A DNA stretch of 64,000 nt, from contig CAIYVX010000039.1 of NCBI GenBank assembly GCA_903929765.1, forward strand, positions 32,573 through 96,572, given 5' to 3'. The notes under the pieces were generated by a model, which was not told the DNA's origin, did not search any database, and worked only from the letters and a program-made list of their open reading frames with translations. The position numbers and the translations under genes are program-made. The stretch is from an uncultured Planctomycetia bacterium (GTDB lineage Bacteria; Planctomycetota; Phycisphaerae; FEN-1346; JAACEH01). Positions 48,871 to 57,844 of this stretch are shown piece by piece. Numbering within the stretch: the first letter of the stretch is position 1; each line of letters begins with the position of its first letter.

Positions 48871-50769
48871 TCAGACGCCCAGGCGGGCGAAGACTTTTTC
48901 GGCACGTTTGCGGAGCGGCTCGGGGACGCCGTCGCCGTATTTGTCCAAGAGGTTTTTGGCCAACTCGATGGTCTTCTGGAGTTTGGGCAGCGGGTCGCCG
49001 GCGTTTTTTTCCAGGTAGCCGATCAGGCGGTCGAGGCGGTCGCGATCCTCGGCGGACATCGGCGCCGACGGGGCCGACGGGGCGCGGGGTTGGCCGACAA
49101 AGCGGTAGGCCCCGCCGTTGGCGGCGGCGATTTCGCGCAGGACGCCGGCGCCGATGGAACTGCCGAAGGCAAAGGTGTGGACGACCGTGACGTGGTGCTT
49201 GTTCAGGTCGGCCACCTGTTTGACGGCGGCCGCGCCGGGATCGCCGTCGGTCAGGAGGCAGAGTACGGTCGGATCGAGGGCGAAGGCTTTGGTCAGGCCG
49301 GCTTTGGGATTGGCCCGGCCGTGCGGCACGAAGTCGGCGATGAATTTCAGGGCGGCCTCTTTGTTGTCGTCGCCGGCGGCGATCAGCCCGCCGGGGAGAA
49401 CCTGGGCCGAGTTGCTGCCGCAGAAAACGATGGAAAAATTCTGCTCGCCGGCCAGGGCGGCAATGGACTTGTCCAACTCGGCCTTCACCAGGGCCAGGTC
49501 GCCGCCGGCGGAGGCGGAACAGTCGACCAGGTAGACGACCCGTTTGGCCTGGCGGAAAGGAATGCCGAAAAAGGTCTGGTGCGACTCGGTCTCCTCGTCG
49601 GCCAGTTCCGGGGGCCGGGCAGCGGCGGCGGCCAACTCGGCGGCCACGACCGGCGGAAGTTCGCCGGCGAGATGCGCGAGCCAGGTCGCCGCTTCGTCCT
49701 TCAGCCGCATGGCCTCCTGGCGATCGTCCTTATTCAGGTCGATCACCTGGAGACAGCGGTCGAGGTTCTCGTCGGCCTGTTGCCAGAGGAGCCGCTTGAA
49801 ATAAAGTTCCTTGGTCTCGCCGGCCAAAGTCGCCTCGGCCCGGGCCAGAGCCAGCAGGTCGCCGCCGGCGCCGCCGGAGGCCATGTCCAGGGCGTTGGCC
49901 AGCCTGGCTGCGGCAGCGTTGCCCGAGGCTCGCAACTGCTTGGCGGCGTCGGCGGGCTTGCGGTCGCGCCCGAGTCTGGCAAGGCCGAGCAGGAGGCGGG
50001 CGTCGGGATGGTCCCCCGGCTCGGCCAGATCGGCCTGGGCTTTGGAAATCGAATCATCGAGTTTCTTGAAAAACTCCACGCCCGCGCGGCCCCAGTCCAG
50101 AGAGTCCGGCGGCGAGAGGCTCGCCTGTGCGGCAGCGACGGCGGCGGCCTCCAGAGTTCTCGCCGCTCCGGCCCCGTCGCCCCGGGCGGCCAGGAGTACA
50201 GCATATTCCGCCGCATCGTGACCAAAAGTTTTATTCAGCCAATCCGCCTGGCGCCCCGAAGACAACTCGGCCAGGACGCGCGGGCCGAGGGCCAGCATCT
50301 TTTCGAGGCAGCCCGCGCGCGGGCGGAGTGACATCGACTTCTGGGCGCCCAGGGCGTTGTAGGCCAAGAGGCCGCCGCCGACGGAGGCGCTGGCCAGCGA
50401 GACGACCTGATCGAGACCGTAGCCGACAAAATCGGGCGTGTGGCTGCCCTGGCGAACTTCGTCGAAAATTTTCTCGGCGAGAGTCAGGCCGTCGGCCGAG
50501 CCGGTTACAGCTTTCAGGTCCTGGCCAAAGAGTTCGGCGAACTGTTGCTTCGCCTTGCGGCTGACCGGATGCTCCGGCGGCACCGGATCGATCCGCACAG
50601 GCGGCGCGGGGGCGGCGGGAACGGCGCTGGCGGCGGAACTCGCGGGAAGATCGGAGTTTGCGGCGCGCGCCGCTACGGAGGCCAGAAGCATCGCCAGAAT
50701 AATCGCCGCCAGTTGACCGCCCATCGTCGCCCTCGGTTGGTGAACGTAACGCCCAAACGTTCGGGACAT
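48871..50769 (-). CDS. VWA-domain protein with long N-terminal alpha-helical domain (VWA paralog 2)
   Basis: Signal peptide, about 400 aa of helical region, then VVYLVDCSASAGG (DxSxS MIDAS) ... LLTDGD ... GGAYRFV. Native high GC. Confidence 0.7.
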   Translation of the reverse strand: MSRTFGRYVHQPRATMGGQLAAIILAMLLASVAARAANSDLPASSAASAVPAAPAPPVRIDPVPPEHPVSRKAKQQFAELFGQDLKAVTGSADGLTLAEKIFDEVRQGSHTPDFVGYGLDQVVSLASASVGGGLLAYNALGAQKSMSLRPRAGCLEKMLALGPRVLAELSSGRQADWLNKTFGHDAAEYAVLLAARGDGAGAARTLEAAAVAAAQASLSPPDSLDWGRAGVEFFKKLDDSISKAQADLAEPGDHPDARLLLGLARLGRDRKPADAAKQLRASGNAAAARLANALDMASGGAGGDLLALARAEATLAGETKELYFKRLLWQQADENLDRCLQVIDLNKDDRQEAMRLKDEAATWLAHLAGELPPVVAAELAAAAARPPELADEETESHQTFFGIPFRQAKRVVYLVDCSASAGGDLALVKAELDKSIAALAGEQNFSIVFCGSNSAQVLPGGLIAAGDDNKEAALKFIADFVPHGRANPKAGLTKAFALDPTVLCLLTDGDPGAAAVKQVADLNKHHVTVVHTFAFGSSIGAGVLREIAAANGGAYRFVGQPRAPSAPSAPMSAEDRDRLDRLIGYLEKNAGDPLPKLQKTIELAKNLLDKYGDGVPEPLRKRAEKVFARLGV

Positions 50770-50854
50770 TATACCCGCTCTGATAATTTTGCGTGGCCAA
50801 AACAGCGGCGGCCGGCTGAAGCCGGCCGTTTGCTCATGCTTTCTGTGAATTCAT

Positions 50855-51523
50855 TCATTTCGTCATCAGCATCTTGACATCTTCCTCGTTCACAAAATGA
50901 TACGTCCCCTCGTTCTCTTCGGCGATCTTCCGGAGGAGAGGTTCCCCTTTAGAGTGAATGAAGCTGATCGTATTAACCATCACTTCCTTCTTGGGGTTAA
51001 GCTTCACAATGAGATCAGCTATGCCCGGTTCGAAATCACCATCCGTCACGATGTAGATCCGGTCCGGCTGACAGTCGAAGGCCTTCTTGATCGCCTCCGC
51101 CGGATCCGCCTGTCCGGAAGCAACTATGCTATCTATAAAATCGTAAGCCTTTTCCTTATTGGGAACGGTAGCCGGGAGCATTTTATGCTTACCGGTTGGC
51201 AAATCGAGCGTCGGACCGGAGGAGAAGAATGTGACCCAAAAACTGTCACTCGGTCGCAAAGACCGGATTGAGCGTTTAAGCTCGTGCTTTAAGTAAGGAA
51301 CCGTGTCGGACATCGATGCGGAAAGGTCAATTACGTACACTACCTTTTTCGGCGGTGGAGGTGGCGGAGGTGGGGGGTCGATGATGACACCTTCTGAAGT
51401 GGTCTCTGTCTCCGACGGTTGTGCCGCGCTCATCGCGCTGCCCGGTGTCTCTGCCGGCGGTGGATTTCGTGTCGTGCAGTCCGCCAACAGCATAATAATA
51501 ACCAACATAAGCCCGGTTCTCAT
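50855..51523 (-). CDS. VWA-domain lipoprotein (VWA paralog 3)
   Basis: Lipoprotein signal (MLLADC), P9 linker, and VVYVIDLSASM MIDAS ... IVTDGDFEP ... EGTYHFV. About 52% GC. Confidence 0.75.
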   Translation of the reverse strand: MRTGLMLVIIMLLADCTTRNPPPAETPGSAMSAAQPSETETTSEGVIIDPPPPPPPPPKKVVYVIDLSASMSDTVPYLKHELKRSIRSLRPSDSFWVTFFSSGPTLDLPTGKHKMLPATVPNKEKAYDFIDSIVASGQADPAEAIKKAFDCQPDRIYIVTDGDFEPGIADLIVKLNPKKEVMVNTISFIHSKGEPLLRKIAEENEGTYHFVNEEDVKMLMTK

Positions 51524-51657
51524 GGCTTCTCCTTGAAGTCAGTGCGGCCGCCACAAGAAAATACGTCCCCAGGCCGAGATAGTTCAAAAAAATTGGCCCC
51601 GACGCGAGCCGGGGCTGAGAAAAGAAGAAGAATCCGCCCGCCGTGACAAATTCTCGG

Positions 51658-52395
51658 TCACGACGCCGCTTTGGGGGCCGGGGGTTTCTGGCTGCGCGGC
51701 GTGGCGGAGGGCAGTTCGGGTTCCTTTTCCAGTTTTTTGGCGTCCTCCTCGTTGACGAAGCGGTACTTGCCATTGTTGTCCTCGGCGATGCTTTTGAGGA
51801 GCTTCCGGCCGTCGGAGTAGATAAAACAAATGGTGTTGATACGTACCTTGTGTTTGGCGTTGAGCTGTTTGATCAGGTCGGCGGTCTTCGCGTCGAACTC
51901 GCCGTCGGTCAGGATGTAGATGACGTCGGGCTGGAGGGTGAAGGCCTTCTTCAAGGAGTCGGAAGGATCGGTCTGGCCCTCGGCCTTAATCTTATTGATA
52001 AACTCGTAGGCTTCGCGCTTGTCTTGGTCGTTGGCCGGCGCCAGGCCCGCCGTCTTCGCCGGGAAATCGATGGTCGGACCGGAGGAGAAGAAGGTTATGA
52101 AGAAGGACTGGTCGGATTCGAGAGAACGAATGGAGCGTTTGACCTCGTTGCGGAGATAGCCGATAGTTTCGGTCATGGAACCGGAATGGTCGACGACATA
52201 GGCAATCTTGCGGGCCTTGCCGGTGACGATGCCAAAGAATTCATGGCCGGGCTTGACGGCGCTCGAAGCCGAGGTGGCTGAAGCCATGACGGCGCTGGTG
52301 CTCGCCGCCGGAACGGCCGAACTGTCGGTGTTGGCCGCGAAGAGGAGGTTGAGGAAAAGAAGCAATAGGAAAGCCGCCAGAATTCCGGTTTTCAT
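51658..52395 (-). CDS. VWA-domain secreted protein (VWA paralog 4)
   Basis: Signal peptide MKTGILAAFLLLLFLNLLFAA. IAYVVDHSGSM MIDAS ... ILTDGEFDA ... NGKYRFV. Confidence 0.75.
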   Translation of the reverse strand: MKTGILAAFLLLLFLNLLFAANTDSSAVPAASTSAVMASATSASSAVKPGHEFFGIVTGKARKIAYVVDHSGSMTETIGYLRNEVKRSIRSLESDQSFFITFFSSGPTIDFPAKTAGLAPANDQDKREAYEFINKIKAEGQTDPSDSLKKAFTLQPDVIYILTDGEFDAKTADLIKQLNAKHKVRINTICFIYSDGRKLLKSIAEDNNGKYRFVNEEDAKKLEKEPELPSATPRSQKPPAPKAAS

Positions 52396-52471
52396 TTTTG
52401 GCTCAGAATGAAAGAACAGTTTATGACCGTGGCACCCGATCTTCAACTTTTGCCATTTTACTTTTACCTTT

Positions 52472-54043
52472 TTACTTCTTTCCTTCCGCCGGCTTGGCCT
52501 CCGGCTCTTTCTTGTCGCCGAGCTTGTTGAGTTTGGCCAGGGCCTGGTTGATGTCGAGGCCGGTCAGGGCTTTGACGGCCTCGGGCATCTGGGTCATGAT
52601 GCTGATCACGTCCTGGGTGACCTTATTCGCCCCAGCGGTAGCCCCGCCGCCGTTGCTGACGATGACGATCTTCTCGGTCTTGGCGAGCGGCTCGGCAATG
52701 GCCCGGGCCAGGGCCGGAGCGTTTTCGAGGAAGATCTGGATGATGGCGGCTTCGTTATAGTTGCGCCAGGCGGCGGCTTTCTTTTCCATGGCCTCGGCGG
52801 TCGAATTTCCCTGAGCCAGAATAACATCGGCCTCGGCCAGACCTTTGGCCTTGTTCGCCGCAGCCTCGGCCAGACCCGTGGCCTGGACGACTTCGGCGGC
52901 AGCGAGACCCTTGGCCTTGCTGGCGGCAGCTTCGCCTTCGCCGATCTGGGCGTTGGCCCGGCCCTGGCCTTCGGCCTCGGCTTCGAGGCGGAACCGCTCG
53001 GCCGAAGCCAGCGTTTCGATCCGGTAGCGTTCGGCGTCGGCGGGACGGTTGACGGTGGAATCGAGTTCCTTCTGCTTGCGGGTGATTTCCTTTTCCTGCA
53101 CGTCGATCATGTTTTCCTTCTCGACGCTGAGGATGTGGATTTCTTCGGCCTTGACGAGCTGCATGGTCTTGTTCTGCTGGAGGTCGTAAGCGAGGTCGGC
53201 CTGGGCCTTCTTCTCGTTGACGGCGGCCTGATAGTCGGCCCGCTTCATTTCGTAGTCGCGCTGGGCCTGGGCGATCTGGGCGTCGGCGGCGAACTTGGCT
53301 TCCTGGCCCAGGCGGTTGGCCTCGGCGGAGCGGATCATGGCGTCGCGGTCGGCTTCGGCCTGGCCGATGATGGCGTCGCGTTTGACCTGGGCGGTGCGCG
53401 GCCGGCCGAGGGCTTCGAGGTAGCCCTGGTTGTCGCGGATGTCGCGGAGGGTGAAGCTGACGATGGAGAGGCCCATGTTGGCCATGTCGCCGGCGGCGAC
53501 TTCCTGGACGCGCTGGGCGAAGGCGTCGCGATTCTTGTAAATTTCTTCGACGGTCAACATGCCGACGATGGCCCGGAGATGGCCTTCGAGGGTCTGGTGG
53601 GCGATCTCGGCGACGTGCACCCGGTCCATCGACAGGAACTGCTCGGCCGCGGTGGAAATCGAAACGTCGTCGCCTTTGACCTTGATCTGGGCCACGCCGT
53701 CAACCATGATCGGGACGCCGGTCACCGTGTAGACCTCCGGCGTCTTGATGTCGATGGTGATGATTTCCAAGCTCAGGATGTCGTACTTCTCGAACATCGG
53801 ATAGACAAAGGCGCCGCCGCCCTTGACGATGCGGAAGCCGACGCGGCCGGTGGCCGTGCTGTGCTTCATACCGGAGATGACCAGCACCTGGTTCGGCCCG
53901 ACCTTGATCCAGCGGCGGGCAATCATCCAGACGATCGTGAAAGCCACAAACAAGAAGGAGCCAACGACGATTACCGCCCAGCCGTACGACCCCTTCTCGG
54001 TCCCGAGAACATCGGCCAACACGCTACTCCACATGGCTGCCAT
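52472..54043 (-). CDS. Flotillin (SPFH/band-7 family, FloT/YqiK-like)
   Basis: N-terminal TM and SPFH domain, followed by a long Ala/Glu-rich coiled-coil (EA repeats) typical of flotillins. Confidence 0.9.
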   Translation of the reverse strand: MAAMWSSVLADVLGTEKGSYGWAVIVVGSFLFVAFTIVWMIARRWIKVGPNQVLVISGMKHSTATGRVGFRIVKGGGAFVYPMFEKYDILSLEIITIDIKTPEVYTVTGVPIMVDGVAQIKVKGDDVSISTAAEQFLSMDRVHVAEIAHQTLEGHLRAIVGMLTVEEIYKNRDAFAQRVQEVAAGDMANMGLSIVSFTLRDIRDNQGYLEALGRPRTAQVKRDAIIGQAEADRDAMIRSAEANRLGQEAKFAADAQIAQAQRDYEMKRADYQAAVNEKKAQADLAYDLQQNKTMQLVKAEEIHILSVEKENMIDVQEKEITRKQKELDSTVNRPADAERYRIETLASAERFRLEAEAEGQGRANAQIGEGEAAASKAKGLAAAEVVQATGLAEAAANKAKGLAEADVILAQGNSTAEAMEKKAAAWRNYNEAAIIQIFLENAPALARAIAEPLAKTEKIVIVSNGGGATAGANKVTQDVISIMTQMPEAVKALTGLDINQALAKLNKLGDKKEPEAKPAEGKK

Positions 54044-54082
54044 CCTTTCGTTAGATGATGTCGGGCCAGGGCCCGACCAACA

Positions 54083-54817
54083 TTATGCCTTCGTTTCTTC
54101 CGGTTTCACCTCGGCCGTATTGCCCACCCAGCGCGTAAGAACCACCACGCTGTGACACGGCAGCATGTGACCGGCGACGCTACGGGCCTGGGCGGTGAAG
54201 CGTGCCCCGCGGCAGACGTAAGCGATTTCGCCCACGCCGTCGGCGGGAATCGCCGTTATCACTTCTGCCGTCACGCCGACGGTCTCGTCCTGCGAGGGGC
54301 TGCTCGACCCCTGTACCTTCCGGATAATCGTATAGAAAAAGAAGAACGTCAGCACGCCCATGCCGATGCCGGAGGTGGAACTCGGCAACAGCGAAAGAAC
54401 TCCCCAGCCTAAGACCTCGGTAAAGATGATCCCGGTGCCGCCGAAAGTGATCAGCGTCATGGCGACGATGGGCGGGCTGAAGGGGCTGATGGCGGGTTCG
54501 TGGGAGATGTCGCCGACGGCATGGCCGCCGACGTCGGCCGAGGTCGCGTCGTAGCCGGCGACGACGTCGTGGCCGCCGCCCAGGTCGTGCGGCACGGAGA
54601 CATCGTGCCCGCCGCCGCCGAAATCGTGGCCGCTGAAGGCCCCGAAGATGGCGGCGAAGACGGCGTAGCCCAGGCCCAGGAGGAAACAAAGGAGATACGC
54701 GGACCACAACAAGGTAACACCCAGGATGAGCATATCAAGTCCTCCCGCGCCGCCGGCCGCTTTGCCCATGAATGGAAAGGCGATGTCAACTTTAGATTCC
54801 CGCCGCCCGGCGGTCAA
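54083..54817 (-). CDS. NfeD-like membrane protein (flotillin-associated, C-terminal OB-fold)
   Basis: Multi-TM N-terminal part and a C-terminal beta-rich segment. Lies directly upstream of flotillin in the classical nfeD-floT arrangement. The start may instead be the internal Met at 54733. Confidence 0.7.
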   Translation of the reverse strand: MTAGRRESKVDIAFPFMGKAAGGAGGLDMLILGVTLLWSAYLLCFLLGLGYAVFAAIFGAFSGHDFGGGGHDVSVPHDLGGGHDVVAGYDATSADVGGHAVGDISHEPAISPFSPPIVAMTLITFGGTGIIFTEVLGWGVLSLLPSSTSGIGMGVLTFFFFYTIIRKVQGSSSPSQDETVGVTAEVITAIPADGVGEIAYVCRGARFTAQARSVAGHMLPCHSVVVLTRWVGNTAEVKPEETKA

Positions 54818-54834
54818 AGGAAATCCGAGGCCGC

Positions 54835-55362
54835 TCAGAACTCAATGCCCGCCTGGGCCTCGACTCCGCGATCAAACGGATGTTTAACGTTCCGCATTTC
54901 TGTCACCAGGTCGGCTCGCTCGACGAGCGCCGCCGGCGCGCCGCAACCGGTAAGGAGTAAATGAACCGTGGCGGGGCGCAGGTCGGCCAGGGCGACGATC
55001 TCGGCCTCGGTCACGAGTCCGGCGGCGAGAGCGGAAAAAATTTCGTCCAGGATCACGAGGTCGAACCGCCCGCCGGTCAGCCGCGCCCGCGCCGCCTCGA
55101 GCGCCCGCCGCGCCGCCGCGACGGCTTCCGCCGCCGGAGGAGCCTGGAAGACGAAGCCCGTGCCCAGCAGTTCGATTTCGAGGTCCGGGCTGGCGATGCG
55201 GGCGACGGCCCGATGTTCGCCGGTCTCGCGCTGCTTGACGAACTGGAGGATCGAGACGCGCAGGCCCGCGCCCCAGGCCCGCAAGGCCAGGCCCAGCGCC
55301 GCCGAGGTCTTGCCCTTGCCTTCGCCGGTGTGAATCATCAGGAGTCCGTGTCGGTCGGCCAT
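54835..55362 (-). CDS. cobO: Cob(I)yrinic acid a,c-diamide adenosyltransferase
   Basis: LLMIHTGEGKGKTSAALGLALRAWG ... ILDE. Confidence 0.9.
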   Translation of the reverse strand: MADRHGLLMIHTGEGKGKTSAALGLALRAWGAGLRVSILQFVKQRETGEHRAVARIASPDLEIELLGTGFVFQAPPAAEAVAAARRALEAARARLTGGRFDLVILDEIFSALAAGLVTEAEIVALADLRPATVHLLLTGCGAPAALVERADLVTEMRNVKHPFDRGVEAQAGIEF

Positions 55363-55431
55363 TATTTGTATCCTGCGCTGGCATTCGCACGGCGGGACAA
55401 GACCCGCCGTGGCACATTCTTATTCATGAGG

Positions 55432-55562
55432 GTTTCAGCCTCAACCCCTCACCCGGCCGCTGCGCGGCCACCCTCTCCCAAGGGAGAGGGGTGAAGAAAC
55501 AAAAACAGCCTCCCCTCGAACGGTCTCTCTTCATGGCCCGTCTGCGCCGGACCATGCCACTC
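55432..55562. repeat. A18 + B6 (inverted) composite
   Basis: Same A/B composite as at 38254-38385. Confidence 0.8.
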
Positions 55563-55708
55563 ATCGTGCTTGTCCGCCCATTGTAAACTGCGGCGGAGCA
55601 TTGACAAGCGGTGGAAATTTGCGAAAATGGTTTTCTTCCTCAGTTTCCACCGTTACCCGTGTTCTCCAGTGGCAGAGCAGACCGTTAACGAAAGGCAAGA
55701 GCAGGACC

Positions 55709-57706
55709 ATGAGCAAGAAAATTGTTGATGCGGATGTCCTGAAACTGATCGAAATCAGCCGCGACGTGGGGTCGGACGACCGCCTGGTGCAGGCCGGCGG
55801 CGGCAACACTTCGGTCAAAAATGCGGCGCGGACGGCGATGCACATCAAGGCCTCGGGCAGCGGGCTGCGGCACATGAGCCCGGAGCGCGGGTGGGTGACG
55901 ATGGCCCTGCCGCCGCTGGCCACGCTGCTGGCCGACCGCTGTGCGGCGGAAATGCCCGACGCCCAGCGCGAACCCTACGTCCTCAACGCCATGTACGCGG
56001 CGGTCACGGCCACCCCGGACCCGGCGGCGCGGCCGTCGTGCGAGGCGACGCTGCACGCCATGCTCCAGCGGTATGTCGTCCACATTCATCCCATCGCCGT
56101 CAACGGCATTCTGTGCAGCAAACAATCGGAAAAAGTCACGGCCGAACTGGCCCGCAAGGGAAAGTTCACGCACGTCTGGGTGCCGTACAGCAATCCCGGT
56201 CATCCGCTGGCCTGCCTGTGCCGCGACGCGGTCGAGAAGTTCCAGGCGGCGCACGGCGGGGCGATTCCCGACGCCCTGTTCCTGGGCGATCACGGCCTGT
56301 TCGTTTCGTCGGACTCGGCGAAGCGGGCGGTGGAACTGACCAAAAATATCGTCGCGGATTGCGAGAAGCTTTACAAGTCGCGTCCGGCGGTGAAGTTCGC
56401 CGGCGGGCCGGCGGCCATTTCCAACGACCAACTTCTCGACCTGATCGTGGAATTGCGACGCGGGCTGGTCGACCTGAAGGCCGAACAGCGGCTGATCGAA
56501 TTCATTCCCGACGAGACGGCGAAGCGGCTGCTGAGCCGCAGCGATGCCGCCGAAATCCTTAAGATCAACAACACGCCGGACTCGGTGGTTTATTGTCTGG
56601 CTCATCCGTTGATGCTGCCGGCGCGGCCGGCGGGCAAGGTGGGACCGCTTCTGGCGGCGTATGTGAAGAAATACGGCGAACCGCCGCGCACGGTGCTGGT
56701 GCCCGGCCAAGGGTTCCTGGCCATCGGCGACACGCACCAGGCCATCCGCACCACGGCGGTGGTCTACTGCTCGCAGCTTGAGGTGATCGAACGAACGCTG
56801 CGCTTCGGCGGGCCGGAACTGATGACCGAGGCCCAGGCCGGTTACATCAACGGCTGGGAGGTCGAGGCGTTCCGGCGGCTGCTGGCCAAGGCCGAGGCGG
56901 GAGCGCCGGGGCCGCTGACGGGAAAGGTGGCCATCGTCACCGGGGCCGGGTCGGGGCTGGGTCGCGGGATCGCAATGGGTCTGGCGACGGCGGGAGCTCA
57001 CGTGGCCCTGGCCGACATCGACATTGAAGCGGCGACGGAAACGGCGGAGATGATTCGGCAGCGTTGCCGCTCGCCGCGCGGGTTCGCCATTGCGGCGGAC
57101 GTGACCGGCGAAGAGAGCATGGCCGCGCTGTTCCGCAACACGGTTTTGTGCTTCGGCGCGGTGGACGTGGTGGTGGCGGCGGCGGGGATCGCCCCGGCTT
57201 TTCCGATTCAGGATTTCCCGGTCGGGGCGTTCCGCAAGACGCTCGAAATCAATCTCACCGGATATTTTCTGGCGGCGCGCGAGGCGGCGCGGTGGATGAT
57301 CCGCCAGAAGACCGGCGGGTCGCTCGTGTTCGTTTCGTCGAAGACCGGCCTGGACGCCTCGAAGAACAATGCGGCTTACAATGTGACCAAGTCCGGCGAA
57401 CTACAGCTCATGCGCGGCCTGGCCCTGGAACTAGGCAAGCACGGCATTCGCTCGAACGCGATCTGCCCAGGGAACGTGTTCGAGGGGTCGAAAATCTGGA
57501 ACCCGGAGTACATCAAGCAGGCGGCGAAGAAGCGCGGCATCAAGCCGGAAGAAGTGATTCCGTATTATGTTTCTCTCACCGCGCTAGGGCAGGAAATCAA
57601 ACAGGACGACATCGCCAATGCGGCGGTGTTCCTGGCGTCGGACCAGGCCCGCGTGATCAGCGGGCAGGCGCTGGTGGTCGATGCGGGACAGGTGTTTGTG
57701 AGGTAA
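55709..57706 (+). CDS. Bifunctional rhamnulose-1-phosphate aldolase / short-chain dehydrogenase
   Basis: N-terminal class II aldolase/adducin domain fused to a C-terminal SDR (TGAGSGLGRG Rossmann, YxxxK). About 665 aa, as in the known bifunctional family. Confidence 0.85.
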   Translation: MSKKIVDADVLKLIEISRDVGSDDRLVQAGGGNTSVKNAARTAMHIKASGSGLRHMSPERGWVTMALPPLATLLADRCAAEMPDAQREPYVLNAMYAAVTATPDPAARPSCEATLHAMLQRYVVHIHPIAVNGILCSKQSEKVTAELARKGKFTHVWVPYSNPGHPLACLCRDAVEKFQAAHGGAIPDALFLGDHGLFVSSDSAKRAVELTKNIVADCEKLYKSRPAVKFAGGPAAISNDQLLDLIVELRRGLVDLKAEQRLIEFIPDETAKRLLSRSDAAEILKINNTPDSVVYCLAHPLMLPARPAGKVGPLLAAYVKKYGEPPRTVLVPGQGFLAIGDTHQAIRTTAVVYCSQLEVIERTLRFGGPELMTEAQAGYINGWEVEAFRRLLAKAEAGAPGPLTGKVAIVTGAGSGLGRGIAMGLATAGAHVALADIDIEAATETAEMIRQRCRSPRGFAIAADVTGEESMAALFRNTVLCFGAVDVVVAAAGIAPAFPIQDFPVGAFRKTLEINLTGYFLAAREAARWMIRQKTGGSLVFVSSKTGLDASKNNAAYNVTKSGELQLMRGLALELGKHGIRSNAICPGNVFEGSKIWNPEYIKQAAKKRGIKPEEVIPYYVSLTALGQEIKQDDIANAAVFLASDQARVISGQALVVDAGQVFVR

Positions 57707-57820
57707 AAATTCAAAATTAAAAATGAAAAATTAAAAGAAGAGGGGAAACAACAGATCAGGCGTGATTAGGTAGAAACAGGTGCACCCTCACCCTACCCTC
57801 TCCCTCGAGGGAGAGGGGTA
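57706..57820. repeat. F4 (inverted) + A19
   Basis: AAAATTCAAAATTAAAAATGAAAAATTAAAAG ... CACCCTCACCCTACCCTCTCCCTCGAGGGAGAGGGG. Confidence 0.75.
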
Positions 57821-57844
57821 TAATACCGGACAAAGAAAGGTTGA

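Noticed and set aside
46531-50331. Plus-strand ORFs 46531..47766 and 48772..50331
   Set aside because: Antisense to VWA paralogs 1 and 2.
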